Positions 23,705 to 34,784 of a DNA stretch of 64,000 nt are shown here, one piece after another. The notes below the pieces were generated by a model. It was given only the letters and a program-made list of their open reading frames with translations, was not told the DNA's origin and made no database searches. The position numbers and the translations under genes were made by a program. How positions within the stretch are numbered: position 1 is the first letter of the stretch; the number at the start of each line of letters is the position of its first letter. The stretch is from Cystobasidiomycetes sp. EMM_F5 (taxonomy: Eukaryota): assembly GCA_051047955.1 (NCBI GenBank), contig JBPGPT010000011.1:372001-436000 (forward strand). Reading direction: 5' to 3'.

Positions 23705-25733
23705 CTAGTCCCACAGCTTGATAAGACCATCCCATCCTCCGGTGACGACTTTTGACTGTAGAAGGGTGCCTTCTCAGCAGTGCGGGACACAACGCAAAAC
23801 ATCTCACTTACAGTCTCGTGCGGCAGCCATGTGTGAGTAATGACTGCCTTGCTATGCGCTTGCAGTCTTTTGAGTAGCCGGCCGGTCCGGAAGTCCCACA
23901 TCACCAGTGACCCATCGCCCGTGCCCGACGATATGAATTTCCCGTCCGGGCTGAAGCCAACTTCACACGCATATCCTGCTACCGTGTGCCCTGCAAAGCG
24001 CTTCTTACGGTTTTGCTTCAATTCCGGCGAAGAGTATATAAGAATTTGATTATCGAGCGATTGCATCGCGAGCCATTTATTCGACGGGTGCACTCCCACC
24101 GCGGGCACACTGTGCATGTACGGCTCGGCGATGTACTTGATGACGACTGGGATACCAAAGTCCCACGCTCGTATTGACTTGTCGTCCGATGTTGTCACAA
24201 AGCGCCGATTCTCATCGATAAAGGTGATCGTGCTGTGTGAGACAAGTTTCAGTAGATATAACGAGATGCACAACGTCCTCGACGCATGCTTACTTGACAG
24301 GACCCAAGTGCTGATCGTACTCTTGCTCAATCTGGCCAGTTCGAGCGTCATACTGGACAATCTTCTTGTCACTCATGCCCGCCAAGAATATATCTTGCTT
24401 GTCCTCGTCAGGATTGAACTTGACACAGAACGGGATCTTGCCGTTCGAAAATGCCTGCACACACTGGCCAGTCTCCGTGTCCCACATCTTGATATGCCGA
24501 TCATAGCCGGCGGATAGGAACCTCGTTCCAGCATTATTGAAGCTGACATCTCGCACCGATTGGGCATGGCCCATAAATGTACGCAAACATTTGCCTTCGT
24601 GGTATACATCCCACAGCTTGACTCGGCTGTCCATAGAAGCTGATAGCATGAGATGCCCGCTCTTCGGGAACAGACGTACGGCGTTGACGGCTTTTGTGTG
24701 CCCTGACCAGGTGTGAATACAAGCTTTCGGCAGATAGCATTCTTGCGAGCCAGCCTCGCCCCCCAAATCCACATCGACGTCTCGAGGTATGTGCATGTAC
24801 GTGCGTCCTTGGTAGTCGTGCATAGATTTGCCATGAAAGACACTCTTCTCCTCGCCGAAACCAACCTCCTTTTGGCTCTTGTCGATAATGACAGCTTTTC
24901 TGGTCCGTTGAGCCGGCAAGACGTACTCTTCCTCCTCTGGTATCAATGGCGCGACCATCTCATCTTTCCAACCAGCCCAAGGGCCCATGTAGCCCTTTGT
25001 CATTTTCGCCTTGTCGTCCGCTCCTTCGGCTCCCTCTTCGCCTTCTGGCTTTTCTTCATCTGGATCGTCAAAGACGCCCAGTTCGCCTTTCCCTTTCCGC
25101 TTTCGTTTCATAGACTTGACTTCACTCCGCGATGGCCGATAGTCACGCAAGCTTAGTCCATTCTTGGCTGCTGCTGCGTCCATGTTGCCTACGTAGGGCG
25201 TAAGAGCGGATTCCCCGCCAAGGATAGAAGGGTTGTTTGCGTATTTGAGCACGTTGAAGGACATTTCCTGATTCTTAAAGTCGACATCAGACATGGCTTG
25301 CTGTTCTACGTGTCCTGTGAGCGTATTGTAGGATTTCCCCAGCCCGGCTCCACCTGGCCCTCCGCGCAGATGTCCAAGAACGTTTTCAGGCCCTTCTACA
25401 GGTCGTGTCATGTCTTCGTAAGTCAGGTTCAGATTCATGAGCGTGTCTGTCGGCCGCAGGATCAGCGATGTTGTGGGTTTGGAAATGTCCTGTTTTGACA
25501 GTAATTCAAGCGTGAGCCTATGGAGCATTACGACATTGACAGGGTCGACTGACCTCGACCAGAACATCAGGATTAGTTGACTGTGTATTGCTTTTGGGTC
25601 CTGCAGAGGTCGACGTTGAAGCCTCCGGCAGTTCATGACTGGACTGCGTCAGGCTCGCCAACCCGAATGCATCCACAGCTGCTGCCGCCTCGATAGCAGA
25701 CTCATCATCGTAATCATCCTGCAGCGTGCTCAT
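23705..25733 (-). CDS. PRP17: Pre-mRNA splicing factor PRP17/CDC40 (WD40)
   Basis: HGKSMHDYQGRTYMHIP, CYLPKACIHTWSGHTKAV, FPKSGHLMLSASMDSRVKLWDVYHEGKCLRTFMGH, QEYDQHLGPV, KKRFAGHTVAGYAC, GWDGLIKLWD*. Confidence 0.95.
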
Positions 25734-26168
25734 AGTTTGGCAGATATGCTTGCAATTGATGCAGTTGCCGCAAGATCAAGCGAAAGTCGACCACTTTCAG
25801 GATTGAAATGCGCTTGCTTCTGCTCCAGAATGCTCATAAGTTACTATATCATGCCAGCAATCCCGTCAGCAAGTGCTCGTACATGCTGCCACTGCCCTTT
25901 CGGCGGCCTTGTATGCTGATGCCAACTTGCCCATTTTCTCGTTGGCTCTGCAGTTGGTTTCGATTCTGGCTCTCCAATACGGAGCATCAGATCAATCTAT
26001 AACGATACATACTAATACTGACTTTACAGCTGACCGGGCAAGTCGGTAGTAGGCTTTGGAAGCCCGGACGGAGACCGTTCCATTGACCAAACGTTGCGAT
26101 TGACGGCCACCATTCTGTGAAGCTGACGCAGGACTACTGGCTGACGCGTTTGCCGCGTGTTCTGGACA

Positions 26169-28250
26169 ATGCGCAAAGATATGGTTCAACAGGCGTCCCT
26201 GATTATTGGGGCCGTACTACTATGCATACGCCTATATCAAGAATATACCCTTGTCGACTGCAGGAGTCCATACCATCGCTCAAGTCACAAACGAAGATGC
26301 CGCATGTACGTCTCTCAAGGACCAAAGGCATACTGGCGGCAAAGTCCACCACCGTCTCCGAAAATCGATTCAACAGGTAAGAGAAGTTTGGAGTCCTCAT
26401 CGTGGTACGGCAATTCCACCTTGGTTGGTCAATCGCCCTACGATTTCTTTCCAAGATCTTTACGAACAGGCGAGAAGAAGACACGCATACTCTTCCTCCT
26501 GGATTTTGATGACTACCTGAAACGCATGAATTCACATTCTTACGAAATGTAGTTTGAAATAATGATTCAAGCGAGTACAGGGATATACTCACGCGTGATC
26601 CAATTCCAGAGTCGACGCGGCACTTCAGCATCCTCGAGTAGAAGCCGACGTATGGGGGTTGGGGTGGGCCGGATGGGATGCCGGCACCACTATCTCGCAG
26701 AATATTGAAAAGCGCATCGTACCTGGTACTACACACCCAGTAGGATGCGGCTATTAGTGAGTGTACCTTGAGAATGGCAGGACAACCTCTCATACAATTT
26801 AGCAGTGACTTCGTCTGGTCATTCTCAAATTACCCTAGCAAACGGTCAAAGGATGTTGATACTCTACGCTGCGACACGATACATGTACATCAGCTAGGCG
26901 ACTGCCACTCGGACGAATGCATTGGGGCAATCTTTGACCAGACGGGAAATGTGAGTACTGGTTGATGAACCCGATGGCATTATTCCGAGCCAATGCTACT
27001 TGTGCAGATTACCGCGTCCAAGTATGTGCAGACTCGTTCGGCTTGTCTCCTTTCTGCGGCTGACGTGGAGGCAGATATGCATTCGAGTTACTCGATATGA
27101 TGCCTCACGATCGACTCAAGGAGAAGTATCCGCAAATGGACATGCAGGTGGGCAAATCAAATACCATCCACTGTGTCATAGCTTGTTGACCGGCGTGACA
27201 AGCTCTTTACTCATTCTCCGGATGCCGCCAACCCATGGGATTACTTCCCGCTTTCCAATTGGGAGTTCAAAGAAAGTGGGGCGGTCCTCTTTGGTGCAAT
27301 TGAGCAGCGATTGTACAAGCTCAGGTAAGATTTAGTGGGATTCTGGCTTCTGGCGTGAATTTTATACTCTCCTGCTTTCCAGATCAAGAATCGGCACAGC
27401 TATGCAGCAAAACAGGACATTCATCACCAAGTATTCGCACCCTGGATTCTACATCAATCGTAAACGCACTGGCAAGCCTCCGGCGACTTACGAGCCGAAT
27501 CATGCATCTTATGCGCCACAGATCCGGCTTAGGCGCGCCTTTGCAGAGGGGATGAGGAATGCCCAGATATGCGTCTTCGACTCCAGCATCCTCAAGAAGG
27601 CTATCCGCAAGTATGCTCAGGCTTTCCTGTCTGGCTGCGTGGTCGCAGGAGATTGTGAGTGACAATGTCTAGAACCTCACGACCTGCTCACGTTTCAAGC
27701 CGACCCTTTTGCATGGAAGTACCCACGGAACAAGAAGCAGCGTTTCGGGATTTCATGATTGTTTTAAGACCGGAAGCAAGCATCGATGAGATCAATGAAA
27801 TAATCTATAATGCTCTCATGGACCCACTTGAATTACAACGCAAAGCTCTCGCTGCATTTGCATACGCTCGCGAATACCTTACCAATATGCGAAAGGTGGA
27901 CATAATGATCTCAGATGTGGAGAAGTATAAGAAGGTAAGCAATTTAAAGGCAACTCCACCCTGCATTATTAACGAATACACGTATGCTGTGTTATAATCA
28001 AGGGAGTTCGAGGCTATTCTGCAAGTTCTTATTCGTGCTACGTATGTGTATTTTGGCTGACTGGAAGTCGATTCTTCAAAATCAGTTTGCATACCCCTTT
28101 TCGCTCAATTGTCGACAGTACTGGAAATTGACAGTGCCGTGGTGCAACAACGGCATGAATGAGTATCGCCCCCGATATCCTGCTTCACCACCTGTGTATA
28201 AAGGGTCAGGTAATCAGACAAGGGACATTGCACGTGGGAACGGTCATTGA
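26169..28250 (+). CDS. Type II membrane glycosyltransferase-like protein (GT-B / CgeB-like C-terminus), multi-exon
   Basis: N-terminal TM (ASLIIGAVLLCIRLY); RILFLLDFDDYLKRMNSHSYE, DVWGLGWAGWD, AFAEGMRNAQICVFDSSILKKAIRKYAQAFLSGCVVAGD, LQRKALAAFAYAREYLT; start uncertain. Confidence 0.6.
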
Positions 28251-28338
28251 CTTTAGGGTGATGACGACATGACAACGGTTGCTTTAGAGTACGAAATGTC
28301 TATCGCTTGGTCGCACGATGTAGACGCTACCAAATTTT

Positions 28339-28759
28339 TCAGTCTCTCCAAGTTCTTATAACTTCAGCAGACATTGTATCGTTTTCGTCAGAGCGTTTGA
28401 CTTCCACCTGATGGTCTCGACGCCAGGCGCGGAAGACTGGCGCCTTCTCCGTGTCCTCATCAGCTGGTGCTGTCGAGGCGGGAGAGGCAGTTGCCTGCGT
28501 TGAGGTGGAGGTTAGATTCGGTAGATCTGCAACGATACGCTTCTCTAGACTGTCGTTGGATTGTCGATTAGCACGGATGAAGCGATCGCTGTCTCTCCCA
28601 GCAACCTGACAAGCACGTAACATTTGTCAATTGATACTTCGAGAAGGTAGCGGGTGGCCTTACTGAATTGGCGTGCGCATTGGCCCCGCAATCGGTTGAG
28701 CATAGTAGTATAGCAGCAGAACCTGCGACCAGGAGGACCAGCTTTGCAAGACCGAACAT
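28339..28759 (-). CDS. Secreted Kex2-processed repeat peptide precursor 1 (about 120 aa, two RxW cores)
   Basis: Signal peptide MFGLAKLVLLVAGSAAILLC; phase-0 intron 28606-28663; ...LEKR IVAD...DEDTEK APVFRAW RR...KR SDENDTMS AEVIRTW RD*. Confidence 0.75.
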
Positions 28760-29750
28760 CTCGACCGCGACGTTATGTGACTGCTGTTGGAGACTTTGAC
28801 GGTGATTTTGACAAAGTGACAGCTGATGAGGCCTAGCGTAGATTACGGATTTTGAGCTAGAAGGTGATGACAGTAAGCGTCGAGCGAGAGTGCAAAAGCA
28901 TTCGGAGTCGACATACCCTTCGCAATATGTGCTCCCGCAACACCAGTACCGTATTTGTCGAAAGTTGCGACCTTTAGACATACTTCGTCAACATGCGCGT
29001 CATCAGCAACCGCACCTAGGCAACTCGACCCCACCCGACGACCGAACCGTGAGAGGGTTCTGTTAAAGCTGCAGTTGTTGCGTCAAGAGGGTGCGAAGAA
29101 ATAGCGACTGAAGTGACGCCGCGACTGGTCGGTCAGGCTTGGGTGCAGCTCGAACACCCTCGACACGGCGTCACCCGCCATGGCCCTCGGCACCGTACAG
29201 CTCTCTTTCACCGTCGTCAGCGGCTCGTCAGCCATCACCTAATCACTTTGGTCAGAGGAATTCGGGGCGGCCCGACTTCGCAAGACGGTCAGCTGTGTGA
29301 GACATGGCCCGGGTCATTCAGCACGACAGAGGGGGACATCGTCTTAGAAAAAGGCAGCTGGTTGGAGGCTCAGTGCCGACGTGGTCACTACAGCACAGTA
29401 GTGGACAGACGGCTGACAAGTACGATAAACCATATATCGCGACTTTGGTTTGCGCAATCTGCGTTCATTCCGCCTATAATTTCTCCGGCTAACGTGACGC
29501 ACATGCACTGCGACTCGTGCATAACGACTGAATATTGACAGTCCGCATCCGTATCTCGTACATCCTTTGATTCTCGACTGTCGGCCGCCGCCCATACGTT
29601 CTCACTACCCTTAACACCCCTACTAAGGTTCAGCACCGCATAGGCGGTGAGACTCTGTACACGAGATGTCTCCAATGTATGCTATACATTTGCTAGCACT
29701 GTTTTTCGCTGTCTTCTCGAACCAATTTCGTTTTACGAAAGACACTCGAT

Positions 29751-30985
29751 ATGAGCAATTCCGGATCATCGAGGAACCCGACACAGGCTTGGACAGCCCC
29801 GAGATACGTATCACCCTGGACTTGGCTGCTTCCCGGAGGATTGGGTCAGCGGGCCCCACCAGACGAAGTCTTATCTGACAATTTTCACTACAATGTGAGT
29901 TGTTCGTTTATTATCCACATTCATCGTCGTCTACTGAGTGCTCCTTGTCTGCCACAACAACAGCTCTACCTCGCCATCTGTCTAGGCGAGCCGCTTCGTG
30001 CTGGCCAGCCAAGTCCACCTGAAATTTTCGCGAGACTGCATGACGAGCAGCTTACCCATCCAAACGACGTCCATAGGTTCTGGAGCATAACCAACAGAAC
30101 GCGTGCTTTCAATGTCGAGTGCGAGCGAGACGGATTAGATGGTGCCTATGCAGATATGCTCGCGCAATCAGCACACCTACCTTTCAACGATTACAGGGAA
30201 ATGATTTCGACAATGGAGGGTCATGCCATCATTTTTAATATGGGCGATAATGAACGCACTGCTCTGCGGACCTTGGAATGCCAGAGGATAGCTATCGAAG
30301 CCGTACCACAACATTTGAGCAGTCTGACAGGCTCAAACCGCGCAGGAGTACGACAGGCAGCCATTAGGTTGTATCGAGAGATGTGCGCAGTGGTGCAGGG
30401 TCCATCAATGGTAAGCGACTTTGTGTACGCTCTTAGTATGATAATATGACCAGTGACATTGTCAGGCCAATCCCACAGGACGGTCGGTCCGTTCGGATAC
30501 AGTGAGTCGGTAATATAATTGGCAAGGGACATTCTAACACAATGTACGCTATGTGACACTCGCAGAGCGTGAGTGCTCGATCGTCTCGGCATAGACCAAC
30601 ATCCTCCCTAGGATCGGCGTCCGAAGCTGTAGGACGGAATGAGCGAGATCTACGGCGTCATAGGCGGACATACAGCGAGTCAGCTGCCTCATCCATGAGG
30701 GTTTCACCAGATCGCCAGCATCGAGACTCTAGGTATCGCCATCATGGACCTACACTACAGCCGTCCGCCTCCGCCTTCCGGCCTGTTGGTACTCAGCATA
30801 AGCAGGCATACCCGCTACCACGTCAAAACGGCAGGCAAGTTCATGAACGCCGAAGATTTCAACGGCAACAACAGCGAAGCAGAGATGATAGTACATCGAG
30901 AACAATAGTTGATCTCCTACTTTGTCTGAACACGTTCTACAACGTCTGTTCCCGCAGCCGGAGTATGCGGTCTCCAAACGGGTAG
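29751..30985 (+). CDS. Unknown-family paralog A (4 exons)
   Basis: WTAPRYVSPWTWLLPGGL...NFHYN/LYLAICLGEP...LRTLECQRIAIEAV...LYREMCAV; introns 29895-29963, 30411-30465, 30502-30565; homologous to the next two genes. Confidence 0.75.
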
Positions 30986-31561
30986 CAAAGTTTCTCTGAC
31001 AAGCGCATAATTTTCGCCTGCACCCGCCAAGCACAGCCACTCGTACGGCAAAAGCGCGATGTACAATCAACTTTTTTTGGCAGATGCTGAAGCCGGACCA
31101 TAGTCGACTGATAGCTCCTGCATGATTCACGTAAATGTCTTACTCAGTGCCTCGACTGAAGGGCGGAAGTTGATCCTTTCGATTGTCGCTAATACGTTTG
31201 CACCGCCATCATGTTGCGTACAGTACTAAAGACGATGCCCGGACGCTAACAGTTTGGAGTACACGATGATGCGCCTTCTGTGCCATTTTTAGACCTTGCG
31301 CTGACAACTTTTGGAATTGCATCAGACCTATCGACGTCGGCTTACTGTCATTCGAAGTGGACCAGCACCGCAGTGGTCGGCAGTACGCCCGGCTAGCTGC
31401 CCTCCTTGCCTTTGGCCGTCGCACACCGCCGCACATAGCTGAGGCAAGTCACTTCTACTCTGACGTGGTCGATGCTCTCTGCTTTCAGTTGCTCCAGCTG
31501 CAATCCACTCCCGGTACAATTCCATCTACGCAAAGGTATCTTCATAGGTATTACCGATTCC

Positions 31562-32842
31562 ATGTCGAGCTCGATGAACGGATGGACGGCGCCAAGACAC
31601 GATCGAGCGTGGACTTGGCTCCTTCCAGGAGGACTAGGAGAAAGAAACCCGCCGGGTGTGATGCCCCAAAATTTTCATTACAATGTGAGTCGCTGCAGTA
31701 TGTCACAAGATCAACAGCTGATCAACACTCCCTCTGTTATCCAGCTGTTCATGGCTATTTGCATGGGCGAGCCGCGTCGCCTTCGACAACGGAGTCCGCT
31801 TGAAGTATTCAACATACTGCATGAGCAGCAGGCAAATGTCCCGGATAGCATGTTCATACATTCGGACATCTGCGAAAGGACCAGAGCCTTCGTAGACGCC
31901 TGCGGACTTTCCAGATTGGATCACCAGTATGCCCGAGTTCTTATGCAACAGCACGAGGTTTTCCGCGATGTTACAAGCTCCCTACCAGAGGCAATACACC
32001 CAGAAGTGCTAATATCTGCCAGACCTGGCTCATACGCTGCCTTGCGGAGTTTAGAATGCCAAAGGATGGCTATTCAAGCAGTGCAAGGTTTCATTGCTCG
32101 AGTGGACTCTGACAGCAGAACCGCACGCAACGCGGCCGCTGCTTTATTCCGCGAAATGTGTGCAGTAATTCCACGCTCAACGAGAGTGAGTTTACAGAAT
32201 TGATTGGCTGGAGCACAAAATCTTGCTGTGCAAAGCTAAATTTGAATGAACGCTCAGGGCAGTCTGTCAGAACATGTGAGTACGCTGGGATGCAGTCAGC
32301 TATCGGCGAATACTCCTTGTGAATCGTGCTGACATTATGATACTGGCCTGCAGGAGCGCCACAACAGACGACCGACACATAGGCGACACCGCTCTGTAAT
32401 AGTCGAAGAGGTGCGACAGAGGCAAAGAGAGCGTATTCCAAATCGACACAGGCGGACGAGAAGCGAATCTAGTGTTTCGTCAGCGAGTGCAACAGCCTTA
32501 CCATGGCATCGAGAAACCCAATATCGCGGCGAGACGCAATCCCAAGGCGATGGTTTCCTCCGGCCTGCCTCGGATGGCAGAGCTTCGCAAGTCATGCAGC
32601 CTGTTGGTGTCCAGCACACGCAGGCGTATCCTCTGCCTCATCGCACTTACCGAGCCGACCATGGTCGTAGCAGACATCGTGCACGGCAACATCGCGATCG
32701 TCGCGATGATCGTGCGGCAGCGAGACAGATGGAGGGACTGTTGTCGTGTCTCACAGCCTTTATTAACGTGTATTTCGACAGGATGGGCGAAACTGCCTCA
32801 CGCACAGAAGGCAGACGTTCACACCGATCTATTGTTGTCTGA
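31562..32842 (+). CDS. Unknown-family paralog B (4 exons)
   Basis: WTAPRHDRAWTWLLPGGL...NFHYN/LFMAICMGEP...LRSLECQRMAIQAV...LFREMCAV; introns 31685-31744, 32186-32257, 32276-32353 (18-nt microexon between the last two). Confidence 0.75.
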
Positions 32843-33229
32843 ATCCGGTAGGATTACTCATGCACCACACTGCTGATTACTGCACTCCTCGTACAGTCGC
32901 TAAAGGGGATAATGAAATGATGACAAGGTGCTACGGCCGTGTGACGAATTTTCGGACACGCGCCGAGGATGTGGTGTAGCTCCACACTCTTTCGCAGGGA
33001 ACAGTAAGTTGCGGTGCAACCACGCTGGAAGCTTGCCGAAAAGCGGCGACATCTATCTCACCATGAAAGGTCTAGCTGTGTCGCTAATAGCATGCAGTCT
33101 GACTAGGGGGGCACAGGCCATAAAGCCGAAGTGCGCTGGCAAGATTGTCTTCCTTCTTCATCCACTGTCCCGGTTTGCCATTCGCCATCTGCGTCTCTGC
33201 TCACACCCAGCTGTCGCTCTCGTACCGCG

Positions 33230-34405
33230 ATGAATCACATACTCCATCCTCACTCTGTTAAAGGTAACGCCTGGTCTGCACCGTTACATCAGAGAAAATG
33301 GGTATGGCACTTGCCAGCAGGTCTGACACCTGATGGAGATGACCTTTTCTATTACAACGTGAGGCTTTCGGCCCGACTCCCCAACTCAGTCACTTTGACG
33401 TACTGACTGGGGTGTGCATAGCTCTATCTGGCGTTGGCTCTTGGCGAGGAAGAGCACTACAAGTCCGACCACATCCACCCCCACAAATTATTTTCGGTAC
33501 TCAGTAAACAAGAAAAGCGAAATCCACATTCATACCGTGTCAGTGGATTGAACATGGCCTTCGAAAATTTCAAGGATAGTTGCCGGAAGGACGGGTTGGC
33601 TTACACCTATGCCTGTTTCGTGCGTTATAGCCATCAGCCGCCGTCCGGAGCAGCCTGGCCGGAAGAGTCAACAAACGAGGACCGCGAGAAGGTGATCTCT
33701 GCAGTGCAGAATGCAACTGCTACATTGGCGAAATTTTTCTGCCAGAAGACAGCTATTCGGGCTGTACAAAATTTCCTGATGCATTCGAGCAACGGTAATG
33801 GAAAGTCGCGGACCGCAGCGAAAGCGCTATACAAGCGAATGTACCTTCTTTATGCTCATGCATCAGCTTTCCACAAGGTATGCACCCTGCCGGTATGTTC
33901 AACGACCACGTCTGACCGCATTGAAATTATGACAGATCGCCATTTACTCAATTCCGGGATTGCAAGCGACGGTAGGTAGTATTTGATGTTTCGAGGCATT
34001 GCTTAAAATTAGCGTTCACTTGCTCAGCAGATGTCCGGCGCAACCGCGGATGACAGTGGTCCGCTGGCACAAGATTCGACAACAGTAGTGCGCTTTCGCC
34101 ACTCTCGGACTGACAAAAGTGGCACGCATAGGCCTCTTGGAAACGAACCGCCAAGATCAGCCATGGTCGCTCAGTCCGTGAAACAAGGCAGGCCAGACCC
34201 AGGCCCAGGCCCAAGCATGTCGATAACTCCCGGCGGATCATCGTTTATCGGTAAAGATGGTCGCCAGTCCCATAACAACATGCAACTTACCACGACGGCT
34301 CCGAAGCATCTGAAAAAGCTTTCGTCCGCCCTCAGCCTGAACGTCCCAAATTCTCTCCTGGGAAAGCTTATGCAGAAGACCCTCGCTGCCCGTTTGTATA
34401 CCTAA
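33230..34405 (+). CDS. Unknown-family paralog C (4 exons, most divergent)
   Basis: WSAPLHQRKWVWHLPAGL...FYYN/LYLALALGE...FFCQKTAIRAV...LYKRM; introns 33359-33421, 33878-33935, 33972-34030. Confidence 0.7.
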
Positions 34406-34784
34406 CGATTACGAACGATGGTTTCATACCTAAGCGCCTTGCAAGACAACTGGCTCGTCAGTCTGAGCTCAGAGTCAGGATGATTCCTACATACTGTCTG
34501 CACATACCAATTTTGTTAATCGCGGTTGATGCTCTTCATAACATCAGCATTGGCGGATCGCAAAATGATTAAGCAGACAAGTACTTGCTTTCCTCGCGTG
34601 CATATTGTTGATACTTGCTCATGGCGACAAATAGTATCGTCTTTACCGTACACTCAAATCGCTCTGTGACCCCTGATGACGATCACAACAGCAACGACAC
34701 TAAGGAAGACTGCCCTCAATGGTACTAAATGAATTTCGAAAGCAAACGCGGGAGTCTTCAGTAAATCCTGCTCAGTTTATATGC

